Source of the DNA: Mobula hypostoma
Taxonomy: Eukaryota
Direction of reading: 5' to 3'
DNA length: 64,000 bases
NCBI RefSeq assembly: GCF_963921235.1
Contig: NC_086097.1
Span: 235,912,001 to 235,976,000 of the forward strand
In this document: positions 36,525 to 51,000 of the stretch, one piece after another
Numbering within the stretch: the first letter of the stretch is position 1
How the letters are laid out: the number at the start of each line of letters is the position of its first letter
Notes under the pieces: model-generated
The model's database searches: none
The model's input: the letters and a program-made list of their open reading frames with translations, nothing else
What the model was told of the DNA's origin: nothing
Position numbers and translations under genes: made by a program

Positions 36525-39027
36525 TTCTTAAATATACATGTAGATTGGGTGAACCAAATTGGTAAAGGTGCTGAGGAAGAGGATTTCTTGGAATGTATAC
36601 GGGATGGTTTTTTGAACCAACATGTCGAGGAACCAACTAGAGAGCAGGCTATTCTGGACTGGGTTTTGAGCAATGAGGAAGGGTTAATTAGCAATCTTGT
36701 CATCAGAGGCCCCTTGGGTAAGAGTGACCATAATATGGTGGAATTCTTCGTTAAGATGGAGAGTGACATAGTTAATTCAGAAACAAAGGTTCTGAACTTA
36801 AAGAGGGGTAACTTTGAAGGAATGAGACGTGAATTAGCTAAGATAGACTGGCAAATGACACTTAAAGGATTGACGGTGGATATGCAACGGGAAGCATTTA
36901 AAGATTGCATGGATGATCTACAACAATTGTTCATCCCAGTTTGGCAAAAGAATAAATCAAGGAAGGTAGTGCACCCATGGCTGACAAGAGAAATTAGGGA
37001 TAGTATCAATTCCAAAGAAGAAGCATACAAATTAGCCAGAAAAATTGGCTCACCTGAGGACTGGGAGAAATTCAGAGTTCAGCAGAGGAGGACAAAGGAC
37101 TTAATTAGGAAGGGGAAAAAAGTTTATGAGAGAAAACTGGCAGGGAACATAAAAACTGACTGTAAAAGCTTTTATAGATATGTAAAAAGGAAAAGACTGG
37201 TAAAGACAAATGTAGGTCCCCTACAGACAGAAACAGGTGAATTGATTATGGGGAGCAAGGACATGACAGACCAATTGAATAATTACTTTGGTTCTGTCTT
37301 CACTAAGGAGGACATAAATAATCTTCCAGAAATAGTAGGGGACAGAGGGTCCAGTGAGATGGAGGAACTGAGCGAAATACTTGTTAGTAGGGAAGTGGTG
37401 TTAGGTAAATTGAAGGGATTAAAGGCAGATAAATCCACAGGGCCAGATGGTCTGCATCCCAGAGTGCTTAAGGAAGTAGCCCAAGAAATAGTGGATGCAT
37501 TAGTGATAATTTTTCAAAACTCGTTAGATTCTGGACTAGTTCCTGAGGATTGGAGGGTGGCTAATGTAACCCCACTTTTTAAAAAAGGAGGGAGAGAGAA
37601 ACCGGGGAATTATAGACCGGTTAGCCTAACGTCGGTGGTGGGGAAACTGCTGGAGTCAGTTATCAAAGATGTGATAACAGCACATTTGGAAAGCGGCGAA
37701 ATCATCGGACAGAGTCAGCATGGATTTGTGAAAGGAAAATCATGTCTGACGAATCTCATCGAATTTTTTGAGGATGTAACTAGTAGAGTGGATAGGGGAG
37801 AACCAGTGGATGTGGTATATTTGGATTTTCAAAAGGCTTTTGACAAGGTCCCACACAGGAGATTAGTGTGCAAACTTAAAGCACACAATATTGGGGGTAA
37901 GGTATTGATGTGGATAGAGAATTAGTTAGCAGAAAGGAAGCAAAGAGTGGGAATAAACGGGACCTTTTCAGAATGGCAGGCAGTGACGAGTGGGGTACCG
38001 CAAGGCTCAGTGCTGGGACCCCAGTTGTTTACAATATATATTAATGACTTGGATGAGGGAATTAAATGCAGCATCTCCAAGTTTGCGGATGACACGAAGC
38101 TGGGCAGCAGTGTTAGCTGTGAGGAGGATGCTAAGAGGATGCAGGGTGACTTGGATAGGTTGGGTGAGTGGGCAAATTCATGACAGATGCAATTTAATGT
38201 GGATAAATGTGAAGTTATCCACTTTGGTGGCAAAAATAGGAAAACAGATTATTATCTGAATGGTGGCCGATTAGGAAAAGGGGAGGTGCAACGAGACCTG
38301 GGTGTCATTATACACCAGTCATTGAAAGTGGGCATGCAGGTACAGCAGGCGGTGAAAAAGGCGAATGGTATGCTGGCATTTATAGCAAGAGGATTCGAGT
38401 ACAGGAGCAAGGAGGTACTACTGCAGTTGTACAAGGCCTTGGTGAGACCACACCTGGAGTATTATGTGCAGTTTTGGTCCCCTAATCTGAGGAAAGACAT
38501 CCTTGCCATAGAGGGAGTACAAAGAAGGTTCACCAGATTGATTCCTGGGATGGCAGGACTTTCATATGAAGAAAGACTGGATGAACTGGGCTTGTACTCG
38601 TTGGAATTTAGAAGATTGAGGGGGGATCTGATTGAAACGTATAAAATCCTAAAGGGATTGGACAGGCTAGATGAGGAAGATTGTTCCCGATGTTGGGGAA
38701 GTCCAGAACGAGGGGTCACGGTTTGATGATAAAGGTGAAGTCTTTCAGGACTGAGATTAGGAAAAACTTCTTCACACAGAGAGTGGTGAATCTGTGGAAT
38801 TCTCTGCCGCAGGAAACAGTTGAGGCCAGTTCATTGGCTGTATTTAAGAGGGAGTTAGATATGGCCCTTGTGGCTAGGGGGATCAGAGGGTATGGAGGGA
38901 AGGTTGGTGCAGGGTTCTGAGTTGGATGATCAGCCATGATCATAATAAACGGCGGTGCAGGCTCGAAGGGCCGAATGGTCTACTCCTGCACCTATCTTCT
39001 ATGTTTCTATGTTTCTATGTTTCTATG
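36525..39027 (+). mobile_element. Young CR1, 2.5 kb, 5'-truncated, inserted into an older minus-strand CR1 tail (36350-36510, 39030-39280)
   Basis: ORFs 36483-37925, 37947-38183, 38187-38726 and 38681-38920 form ORF2 broken by two TGG-to-stop changes and one frameshift. (TTTCTATG)n tail. Confidence 0.95.
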
Positions 39028-40962
39028 TATCTGCCGCGATAACTACCTCTGGAAGGCGATGCACTTCTCTGTGAATTCCATTCTCTGTGCAATGAACTTA
39101 CCTCTGACAACCCTCTTACATTTACCATCAAACACCTTGAAATTATTCTCCCTGGTAATTGGCACCCCTGCCCTGGGAGGAAGTCTCTGGCTATCCACTC
39201 AATCTATGTTTTTTATCATTTTGTACACCTCTATCAAATCACCTTTCATCTTCCTTCACTCCAAAGAGAAAAACCTTGGCTCATACATAAGACGTAAGAC
39301 ATCAGGCTCTTGATCCAGCTGAATAACTTCATTCACCTCAATACTGAACAGATTCCCAAAGCTATGGACTCACTATCAAGGTCTCTACAATTCACGTTCT
39401 CAATATTATTTATTTACTTTATTATTATTAATAATAATATTTCTAATTAATTGTTTAGTATTTGTACAGTTTGTGTTTTGCACATTGGTAGTTTGCCAAG
39501 TAAATAAACCTTGGGTGAATGAGGTAAATGAAGTTATCCAGCTGGTTCAGGAATCTGATGATTGAAGGGTTATAATTGTTTCTGAAATTGGTGGACTTTC
39601 TATGATGACATATAGTACATATATTAATAATAAATTTACTTTGAACTTAAAAATTAAAATCACATTTATTGGTGGAAAAATTGAGTGCTTCAATTATTCT
39701 TATACTGATTTAAATTGTTAGATGCTTTGAGATTCCAAAATCTGTAACCTGAAAACAAGCAAGGAAGAATTAATATAATTATTGCTTAAAGAATTTGATA
39801 CTTGATCTGAATGAGCTATGTGGATGCAAGTGGAAGCAGTATTTTAACACAGCACTCAATTATAGTTTAAAAAAAACAATCTCTCAATTCTTGGTCACAG
39901 ACATCTGCATCAATTTTACATGTGGTTCTTTTAACTTTTCACTTTCTTGTTGAGCCTTATACTACTCTAATCATCCCCGTGTTTGTTATGGAAGATTACA
40001 GATCAAATTTGCCTGTCATGAATATGAGGCCAATACACAAAATGATACCTTCACTTTAGACGAGGGATTAATAGAAGTTGTTGCAAAATTCCATGCTGCT
40101 CTGTCATCATCTTCATGGAATTAGCATCTTGCCATCTGACTCATCATTGATGTGAATTGAAAAGGTTGAAGTTGCTGTAATTGTTTGCTGGGTATAAACA
40201 CTTGCCACAGAAAGTTAAGTCAAGTTATTATGTTTTAAGCACCATTTTAACAATGTGATGAGTGCTAATTACTGCCAATCATGGCATAAGAATTAGCTGC
40301 AAAAAATATGCAACTTCATTATTTAAAGTCTTAATTTTGATGCTTTTAACAAGGTAATCTTTTTTTTAAATGTTATCTTTCAGTCTTGCTTTTGTATATC
40401 CCGATGGATCTTCCGCTCCTGGAAGGTTTTTCTCACTCTGATGATACCTGCTCATGTTTCCTGCAGATTACCACCGAGTGCACAGAGGGGCATTTAATAA
40501 ACAGTTACCCTGCGTGAACAAATTAAGTATCATGGCAAAGAGGCTTTACCTGATCCCATGAAAGTGAAAGCAATATTTTGAGACAGAATGCTTGAGTTAT
40601 GAAGTGCTGAGCCATAACTCAGGAGAGAACTAAAATTTGAGATTCATTTAGTTGTGAGGATCATGCAGCATATTGTTGTTGACAGTTCTGTATTCCCTGT
40701 CATTATTTTTATCACAGAATTGAGGCTTGCAAAATCATTTCTGCTATGCTGTCTGTTACCTCCCTTACCATTAGATTTATTGGAGTGGGAGAGTTCAGGT
40801 GGCTTCTAGTGAGGAAAAAATAAGCATCTGAAGCTATTACTCTGAAGGAAACACACAATGAAGAGAAAAAGGGCGCACTTTTACTTAACACTCCCAGGAC
40901 GTTTCATCTCAGTACATTTGAAGTGGAATCACTGTTAGGAAGGTGGAAAAGTAGAGCAGCCA

Positions 40963-41064
40963 GTCTGTACCTCTTCCCATAGATGCTGCCTGGCCTGCTG
41001 TGTTCCACCAGCATTTTGTGTGTGTTGCTTGAATTCCCAGCATCTGCAGATTTTCTCGTGTTTG
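40963..41064 (+). mobile_element. Penelope-like terminal fragment with GCAGCCA direct repeat
   Basis: CTGTACCTCTTCCCATAGATGCTGCCTGG..TTCTCGTGTTT flanked by GCAGCCA on both sides. The flanks weakly resemble a Deu-domain SINE. Confidence 0.7.
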
Positions 41065-41309
41065 CAGCCAATTTTTATAGGGCTAAGTCCAACAATCAAC
41101 GAGGGGAAATGAAAAATTGTTTTTTTAATCAGATTGATTGGAGACGAGATCTCGGCTGATGTATAGACTAATGGTCCTGGTTTGTTTTATTATGGTGAGT
41201 AGCACTCAAGTTGCTAAATGTTTGCAGATGAACAGGAGTAGAACACATTGCAGCTGCTTCGATCAGGGTTTAATTTGCCATTGAGGTTATCTTATTTCCA
41301 GGTGTGCAG

Positions 41310-41836
41310 ATGTTTAGTGCTATCTACCAACCTCTCACTTGCTTCTGCCCGGAGGAAGATCCCAGAGTTCGAATGGTCTCTCTCTCCCTCTCACTCGATA
41401 CTACCAGAGTGTGCTGGAGTCCTTGGTCCTGGGCAAAGTCTAATTGACGTGGTTTGTGGATTGGTCTCTGTGGTTCATGTTATGATCTGTTCCTGGTTTC
41501 TGGCCGCTCCTTTATTTGTTGCTATTTTGGGCAATTTTGATTGGGGCAAGTGCAGATAATGAATGACAAGGTGCTAGTTTGAATTGAACTGAGTTGAACT
41601 GAATATGCCTGGACTCCTCTGATTTTGCATTTTATATTCTGTGTTTTTTGCTCTTTTTTTTCCTTTTTGCCACTTGTCTGTTTTGTTTTTTTTTGTTGTG
41701 GGGGTGGGTAACTTGATACAGGATCCCAGGTTCCCAGGTTCCAGTGTTTTCTTTGCATCATGGCTGTCCTTGAGAAGACAAATCTCAGAGTTGTAATCTG
41801 CATGCATACGTTGAAAACAAATAATATTTTGAATTT
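41310..41836 (+). mobile_element. Non-coding repeat with Rex1-type tail
   Basis: GAAGACAAATCTCAGAGTTGTA..CATAC.TTGA tail shared with 12168-12450. Confidence 0.5.
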
Positions 41837-42504
41837 CCAGCTGAGAGGAAATGGAAATTTACCCTAATATCTCATGCAGAGGAGGCCACCGATACTTCAA
41901 TCTTCAGATGAAGTGTTTTGAAGTATATTTAAAGTACGTTCATGCAACCTTGAAATTTGTCTTCATGCAGGCAGCCACAAAACACAGAAACCCAACAGCC
42001 CCAGTTCAGTACAGAGAGGGGTAAACCTCACAGAGAAAACCGTTTCTAGTTTAAGATGGTGCTAGTGAAGTTTAGCAACTCCTTGCTGACAGCAAATAAA
42101 ACAAAGAAAGCAACTAAGTGGAGGAAAATGGACAAAAAATGCTGCACTCAATTAAATGAATTGACCAGATTCTCACGTGTAACATATAAAATGCTGGTGA
42201 AAATCAATAGGCCTGTTGGCATCTGCAGACAGAAATAGGCAGCTGACTTTCAAGCTGAGTGCTCCTTTATCTGCTCAGATATTGCCTGACCTGCTGAGAT
42301 CCCCAGCAATTTTTTTTTTTTTTTTTGCTCCTGATTCCCACATTTGCAGTGCTGCATCTCTTGTGTATCAGGCCTGATACACAAGAGAAGGAAGGAGAAG
42401 CAGCAGAAGATATTAAGCAAGGATTTCCAAGATGCTAAATCCGGATTGTTAAACGTATAGCCAGTTGTGGTGATGTTAAGAAAGTTAAAAAGAACATAAT
42501 GCAT

Positions 42505-45500
42505 GTGAGCAGAATTAGGGCATACAGCTCATCAAGACTGCTCTGCTATTCCATCATGCCTGACTTAATATCCTTCTCAACTCCATTCTCTTGCCTTCTC
42601 CCCATAATCTCTGATACTCTGACTAACCAACAACCTATCAACCTCTGCTTCAAATATACTCAATGATTTTATCTCAACAATTGTCTGTGGCAATGAATTC
42701 CATAGATTCACCAATCTTTCTTTAAAGAAATTCCTCCTTCTCTCCATCCCAAATGGACATGTCTCTATTCTGATTCAGTGCCCTCTGGTCCTAAACTCAC
42801 CACCTGTAGGAAACATCCTCTCTACATCCACTCTGTCCAAAAAGATTTCAATGAGATTACCCCCTCATTCTTCTAAAATCCAGAGAGTACAGGCCCAGAG
42901 CCATTAAATGCTAATTATACATTAACTCTTTCATTCCCAGAACCTCCTCTGGAATGTCTCCAATGCCAGCACAGGTTTTCTTAGATAAGGGGTCCAATAT
43001 TGCTCACGATACTCCAAATAATCTCTGACCAATGAATTATAAAGCCTCTGCATCATATCCTTGCATTTATAATCTAGTTCTTTCAAAATGAATGTCAACA
43101 TTGCACTTGTCTTCCTTTCCACTGTTTCAACCAACAAGTTGACCTTTAGGGAATCTTGCACGAGGACTCCCAAGTCCCTTTGTAACTCCGAACTTCGAAT
43201 TTTCTCTCAGTTTAGTAAATAGTCTACGCCTTTATTCCTTCTACCAAAATACATTACCATGCACTTCCTTATACTGTATTCCATCTGCCATTTCTTTGCC
43301 CTTCTCCCATCCTTCTGCAGACACTCTGCTTCCTCAACCATATCTATCCCTGCACCTATCTTTGCACAGTCTACAAGCTTGACCCAAAGTCATCAATTCT
43401 GTTGTCTAAATTGTCAATACATAGATAACATGAAAAAGAAGCATGCCCAATACCGACCCCTGTGGAACCTCACTTGTCAGTGGCAGCCAGCCAGAATAGG
43501 CCTCCTTTATTCCAACTTTGTCTCCTGTCAATCAGCCAATCTTCTATCTGTGAACTCGACCTTTTTGCCTTGGAGCGACAGAGGATCAGAGGTGACCTGA
43601 TAGAGGTGTATGAGATGATGAGAGGCATTGATCATGTGGATAGTCAGAGGCATTTTCCCAGGGCTGAAATGGCTGCCACAAGAGGGCACAGGTTGAAGAT
43701 GCTGGGGAGTGGGTACAGAGGAGATGTCAGGGGTAAGTATTTTTATGCAGAGAGTGGTGAGTGTGTGGAATGGGTTGCCAGCGACGGTGGTGGAGGCTGA
43801 TACGATAGGATCTTTTAAGAGACTTTTGGTTAGGTACATGGAGCTTAGAGAAATAGAGGGCTATAGGTAAGCCTAGTAATTTCTAAGGTAGGGACATGTT
43901 CAGCACAACTTTGTGGGCCGAAGGGCCTGTATTGTGCTGTGGGTTTTCTATGTTTCTATGTTTCTATAATAGTACCTTTCCTGTAATACCATGGGCTCCT
44001 ATCCTGTTAATCAGACTAAAGTGTGGCACCTTTGCAAAGGTCTTCTGAAAATCCAATAAAACAACATCGATTGACTCTCTTTTGTATATTCTGCCTGCTA
44101 TTTCCTCAAAGAATACTTGTAGATTTGTCAGGCAAGATTTCCCATGAATGTAACTATGCTGACTTTGGCCTACTTTATCATGCACCTCCAAGTATCCTGC
44201 AACCTCATTTTTAATAATGGACCCCAACATCTCTCACCACTGAAGTCAGGCAAACTGGCCTATAGTTTCCTTTTTTTCTGTCTCCCTCTCTTCTTAGAGA
44301 GCGGAGTGACATTTTCAATTCTCCAGTCCTCCAGAACCATCTCAGAATCTTAGTGTTTCTTGAAAGATCATTACAAATCCCTCAACAATGTCTTCAGCTA
44401 CCTCATTAAGAATCCTGGGGTGCAGTCCATCTGGCCCAGGTGACTTATCTACCTTCAGAGCTTTTAGCTTCCCAAGCACCTTCTCTTTAGTAATAGCAAT
44501 TACACTCACTTCTTCCCCTGACATTCTTCAATTTCTGGCATATTGTTAGTGTCTACCACAGTGAAGACTGATGCAAACTACTTATTAAGTTCATCTGCCA
44601 TTACTTTGTCCCTTATTACTCTTTCTCCAGTGTCATTTGCTAGCGGTTGATTATCCAATTTCACTTTTCTTTTACTTTTTATATATCTGAAAACATTTTG
44701 GTATCCTCTTTGATATTTTTGGCTGGTTTACCTTCATATTTCATCTCTTCTCTCCTTATGGTTTTGTTAGTTGCCTTCTGTTAGTTTTTAGAAGCTTCCC
44801 AATCTTCTCACTTTCCACTAATTTTTTGCTATATTATATGTTCTCTCTTTTCCTTTTATGCTGTTTTTGACTTCCCATGTCAGTTACAGTTGCCTCAAGC
44901 CGCTTTAGAATACTCCTGCGTCTTTGTAATGAATGCAAACTGTGCCTTCTGAATTGCCGCCAGAAAATCCAGCCCTTGCCATTCTGCCTGTTAGTGTCCC
45001 CTTCTAATCCACTTTGACTACCTCCTTTCTTGTGCCCCTGTAATTTCCTTTACTCTACTGTAATACTGATCATCTGATTTTATCTTTTCCCTCTCAGACG
45101 GCAGGGTGAATTCTATCATATTATGATCACTGCCTTCCAAGAGTTCCTTTATCTGAAGCTCCCTGATCAAAATTGGTTCTTTACACAACACCCAATCCAG
45201 AATTACATTTTCCCCACTGGGCTCGAGCAGAAGCTGCTCTAAAAATCCATCTTATAGGCATTCTACAAAAACCCTCTCTTGGGAGCAAGCACCAATCTGG
45301 TTTTCCCAATTTACCTGCAAATTGAAATTCTCCATTACTATTGTATCATTTCCCTCTTTATATGCCTTATCTATCTCCCTTTGTAATTTTGCATGTCCTA
45401 GCTATTGTTTGTTGCAATTTGTAGCCCATATATAACTCCCATCAAGGCATTTTTATCCTTGCAGTTTCTTAAATCTATATCTATATCTTCTGATCCTATA

Positions 45501-45620
45501 TAATCTTTTTCTAAGGATTTGATTTAATTTTTTACCAATTGCGCCATGCCACCCCCGCCCCCCCCCCCAATCCTGCCTATCCTTCCGATATAGTGTGTTC
45601 CCAACAATGATCTTCTTTCA
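42505..45620 (-). mobile_element. Old CR1 ORF2 (~3 kb), interrupted by a CR1 3' fragment (+, 43553-43965)
   Basis: Minus ORFs KVDKSPGPDGLHPRIL, GKSCLTNL..DFQKTFAKVPH and LVRDYLEY. The inserted piece has its own (TTTCTATG)n tail. Confidence 0.85.
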
Positions 45621-46674
45621 ACCACATATAAGTCTACAATCTTCACCTGGTCATAATAGTCTATTCCACATATTTCAGACTCCCACATTTATGGATCATG
45701 CAGAAGGTTACTGTGTGTACATCTGACGTGTTTGGTAATGTCCTAACCTGAGAGGATAAATACATCTTTTGCTTGGCTCCTTAGCTTTGGATCGGACATT
45801 TAGTGTTGTCTCACTCATTTGAAAGAGGCTGCTGACATTCACTAAAGGGTTTGTAAATTGAAAATGCTGGAAAAACTCAGCAAGTCGGGTAGAATCTGTA
45901 GATAGAGAAGCAGTTAACATTTCAGGTCTGGGACCCTTACCTGAACTAAGAAGGGAAGAAACAAGTTAGTTCAGTAGCAATGGAGTTGAGTGAGGAAAAA
46001 CAGTGGGAATTTTTCTGATAGGGTAAAATAATGTAGCAAAAAGTGAAATAATGTTGTATTCTGACAAACACCAGGCATAGTCCACTTTTAAGCAGTGTAC
46101 AGATCATTCCACTTACGATTGCCTGGTCTGCTCTTCTGTCCCGAGCTACTACTCCCCGTTGAATGGCAATTCCTCATGCAACACAGGAATACAGTCATAA
46201 CATTTGATCTTTCACCTCTTCCCTTCCCACCATCCAGGGAACCAAGCAATCTTTCCATCTAAATCAGCAAATCATTTACACATCCTGCATAGTCTTCCTT
46301 TGATGCTCACATTATGGTCTCCTCCACACTGGAGACTTGAGTGATCATTTTGTGGAGCTTCTGCTCTTGGGCCCAGAAGTGACTCTGAGCTCTTAGTCAC
46401 CTGCCACTTTAATTCTCCATCCCATTCCCACTCTGTCCTCTATATCAAAATGAGACCCAGTGCAAGATAGAGGAACAACATTTAACATTTTGCCTCAGAA
46501 CTTTGCAAAATATAAGACTCAATATTAAATTCTCCAAACCCTCCCACCCCAGACATTCTCTCTCATCCACTTCCCTTTGGGCAGAAAATACAAAACCTTG
46601 AAAGTATGTGCTAACAGGCTCTGGGACAGCTTCTATCCTGCTGTTAGAAGACTATTGAACTGTCCCAAGGCCAC

Positions 46675-48090
46675 AAGATTATAAGGCATAGAAGCAGAAT
46701 TAGGCCATTCAGCCCATTTGTTCTCCTCTGCCATTCCATTTATTACCCCTCTCAACCTCATCCTCCTGCCTTCTCTCCATAATCTCTGAGTCTCTTACTA
46801 ATCAAGAATCCATTAACCTCCACTTTAAATGTACCCAAAAACTTGGCTTCCACATCTGTCTGTAGCAATGAATTTCACAGTTCACCACCATTTGAGTAAA
46901 GAAATTCCTTCTGATCTCTGTCTAAACAGAAATCCTTGTATTCTGAGGCTCCATACTCTGGTTCTGGACTCCCCCACGACAGGAAACATCCTCTCCACAT
47001 CAATTCCATCAAAACCTTTCAATATTCAATAATTTTCAATGAAATTTCACCCCCATCCTGCTCAACATGAGTGAGTACAGACCCAGAGCCATCAAACACT
47101 CATCTAGTATGATAAAATGGACTCTTGACCTCACAGTCTGCTTCATTGTGGCCTTGCATTATGTTATCTGCTTGCATGCTTCCTCTGTAACTACAACACT
47201 TTACTTTGCATTCTGCTATTATTTGCCTTTGTACTGCCTGATCTGTATAAAATGATTTGTATAAACGGCATGCAAACAAAGTTTTGACTGTAACTCGGTA
47301 CACGTGACAATAATAAAACAAATTGCCAACTTACAAAATGTGACGTAACTTGTTCTTTCTGTTTGTATCAGAACTGGCTATTTTTCCCTGTCATCCCTTT
47401 TCCACTTTTCCTTCTATTTGCATTATTAAGTTTTGCCAGGGCTCCATTGTTTTAGATTTCAGATTTCGAGTCTCCAATGATTTAGATTTTTAGACCATAA
47501 GACAAGACAAAGGAGCAGAAGTCGGCCATTTGGCTCATGAAGTCTGCTCCACCATTTTATCATGAGTTGATCCATTCTCCTATTTAGTCCCACTCCCCCG
47601 CCTTCTCACCATAACCTTTGATTCCCTGGCTACTCAGATACCTATCAATCTCTGCCTTAAATACACCCAGTGACTTGGCCTCCACTGTCACCCATTGCAA
47701 AAATTCCACAGATTCACCACCCTCTGGCTAAAAAAATTTCTTTGCCTCTCTGTTCTGAATGGGCGCCCTTCAATCCTTAAGTCATGCCAACTCGTACTAG
47801 ACTCCCCCACCCTGGGAAACAACTTTGTCACATCCACTCTGTCCATGCCTTTCAACATTTGAAATGTTTCTATGAGGTCCCCCCTCATTCTTCTAAACTC
47901 CAAGGAGTACAGTCCAAGAGCGGTCAAAAGTTCCTCATATGTTAACCCTCTCATTCCCGGAATCATTCTAGTGAATCTTCTCTGAACCCTCTCCAACATC
48001 AGCACATCCTTCCTTAAATAAGGAGGCCCAAAACTGCACACAGTACTCCAAGTGAGGTCTCACCAGTGCCTTATAGAGCCTCAACATCAC
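46675..48090 (-). mobile_element. Two CR1 3' fragments (46675-47100, 47494-48090) separated by a Rex1-type tail (+, ~47110-47320)
   Basis: ORF 47688-48041 [35 protein letters not shown] tails. Confidence 0.8.
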
Positions 48091-51000
48091 CCTCTGGCTA
48101 AAAAAAAAAGATATATAAGATATATGTTTGACATTTTTTCTTCATTTTAAATTAATAGAAGCTTTTAAAATATATTTCTATAACTAAAATGTTTTAAGTG
48201 AAATTAATTTTGAATTATTTATTGATATTTTAAACTGATAATATATTTCAATGTTTTTTCCTTGCTGCTAAATGTCAAATAAGCAGAGACACATATAGGA
48301 ACAGTGAAAAGGCTACATCTCTGATAGCTGTTGTAGAACAATAGGGCTGTCATGGGCATAGACCAGTTTAAGCCTCCTGAGATCTAGTTACCACTTATGT
48401 CTGCACCTCTTTGAGAAGGAGCAACATTAATGAGGCACAGAGGATGATAGGAGCCGGGCAACTGCAAAAGGTACGTGCGACTTAAGGGCTAGCTCGGGAC
48501 GAAAACAAGAAAGTGAGCAAGATCCAACTCAATAGGTTCAAAGGCAAGTTCTTCTTTCTTTTAAATTGACAAAATCAGCTGTGTCCACTTCAGAAATATT
48601 CACAATTTTTAATCACTACTTCAAATCTTTTAGGCTTGATTTTTCTTTCTCTGCTCCATGCATTCAATCCTTATTTTGACCCGTGACCCCTTCCTCCCTA
48701 TTTTCACATTTACATTTAAAAAATAATGATTAATAGTTAGTAGCTATTTTAGTGAATCAAATTTCAAGTCAATTGAAAGGAATTTAGCTTCACTCCGAAG
48801 AAGTAACATTTTTCACTCAATTCTAGCAGAAATCAGAATTAGACTCAGTTACTTGCAACTAATTAAATTTTGGTCATTTCTATTTGTTAAAAATTATTTT
48901 CTACTTTCCATTATGAATATACAAAATCAGCTATAAAGAATATAGTGAGCAGAGGGCCAATGTATGCATGCAATCAACATCTGCTACTACTGGCAGTTGC
49001 ATTAATTTCCAGACAATGGTGTGTGTACTAGAATGAGATAATAGAATATCATCATTGGCTGATTATGCACATACTGCAATATTGCAAGACAGATTTATAA
49101 TAGACACCCGCATTATAAGGGGAGATTTTCCTGAGGCAATGCGTGTGCAGAGCATTACAAATTCAACAGGATGGGTAAGTCAGGGATTTCAATGAAATGA
49201 ATCCGGAGGTTCTTCATGCATGAACTCCAACCTACTGGATTTCCAGAAGTGGCTGCACATGTCAATAAAGTGTGTTTGCCATAAGTTAGAAAGCAGTCTT
49301 CCCTGCAGCATTCTAATATCCTGGTGATTTTCTATTGCACTGAGTGAACTCTGTAAGTAAATTGCATAGAACTATTGGAAACAACTGTGTTTTTTTAATA
49401 GTTATTTTTATAAGATTTGTCCTTTTTAACAAACTCAGGTACTTTGCACAATCACTGGCAGAAAGTAGCATAGCAGCTAAACTAACGGTTTACTATCTTT
49501 CTTGTTTTTCATTGGCTAATTATCAGCACATAGAACCATAGAACCATTACCCACATTACCCATGTCATGTAATTGTTTTAATTATGTGGCCTATTAACCA
49601 ATTCAACGCTATCTAAGGAATGTAATATCTATAAAAAATATCGTTTTTTCAGAACTGCCATCTTTATTCTTTTGTCTTAGCTTTACTTCCCCTTTTAGCA
49701 TCATTTCTCAGCTCTTTATTTAGTGTGTTTAGTTTGTTTAGCACTCTAAAATAAAGTGAAATATTGGAATTCAGACTGTTCAGCAATTTTGACTTCCAGA
49801 AGAGCCCTATGATCAGAAAATAAGAAGAGATCCAACAGAACTTCTAATAGATGTTTTTCTGTTACCCCACAATGTTATCAGTTTCTTTCTTCTCCTTAGA
49901 GCACGAATGATGTGGCCTCAATGTCAGTGTTGGTTTCACTGTGTTGGAAACATTCAAGTATTCCTCTTTAGTGAGCCATATCAGAGAGTGTTTATGGACC
50001 AGAGCATTTCAAATCTACAAAAATCCTGTGATGGATAACAAGAGACTTTGGAATGCAGAGTTAATGTTATAATTTTAACTCCTTGATGCATAAGCATTGT
50101 TAGACACAATAGAGTTGAAATCCAGACTATTTTTGAAACAATTTAATGATAATTATAGTAAGTTATTTAGAGAGCACTTTTTGTACAAAGTAGTTCAAAG
50201 TGCTTTACGATGGGATAAAATGCAAGCATGAAAACAAAAGACAAAATGATGCTACTTAAAAGAAAAGTTAAATAAATAGATTTTGATCTGGCATTTAGAA
50301 ATAACAACTGAGTCTGCATCCCTTATAGTTATTTATAAAAATATTGTTTATGAGCAAAAAATCCAATCTGATTTTTCTCCTTTTGAGTTAGCATCAAGGC
50401 AAAACAATTTATTTCTACCACTGCAGTTGGGTACTGTAGGGATGGAAATGGCATCAATATCTCAGGGCCATGACTCAAATTTAACATGGGGTTCCTTCTA
50501 TCCTATAATTGTAATTGGGAAAAATGTAAGGTGGATGAAAATGGATTGAGATTTCAGAAAAGTCGTTTGGATGGTCTTTGCTTAAACTGATCCATTGAAT
50601 GAGCAATTTGATTTATTACAGAACTATTGTGTGAGTTACTATACTTCAGGTGTAAAAAGAAAGAAAAAAGACAGTAAGCAAATGTCAATTGAAGATTGAA
50701 CTGTATAAGGGAACTGGAGATATGAACAGTATTTCATGTGACTGAAGTACTCTAAATTATAAAAGTGACTATGCTTCACAGGTTTTCCATTTGCTTGAAA
50801 GCACACTAGGAAGATTTAAGGCAATGAAAGGAGTTTTGTAAATGTAGGTCATTTTTAAATCAGGGAGTATAAGATCTACTCATGACAACATTGGCTGTAA
50901 CAAACTGTTGACAAACAGTCAAAGCCACCATCTTGCATTTCTCATATCAGAATCTTTTAGGATTCATTGCACTTCAATTATGCCTGGTACATCAAGGAGT

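Noticed and set aside
49880..50040. Plus-strand acceptor TTTCTTTCTTCTCCTTAG as an exon start
   Set aside because: No good donor follows and no frame gives a recognisable peptide.
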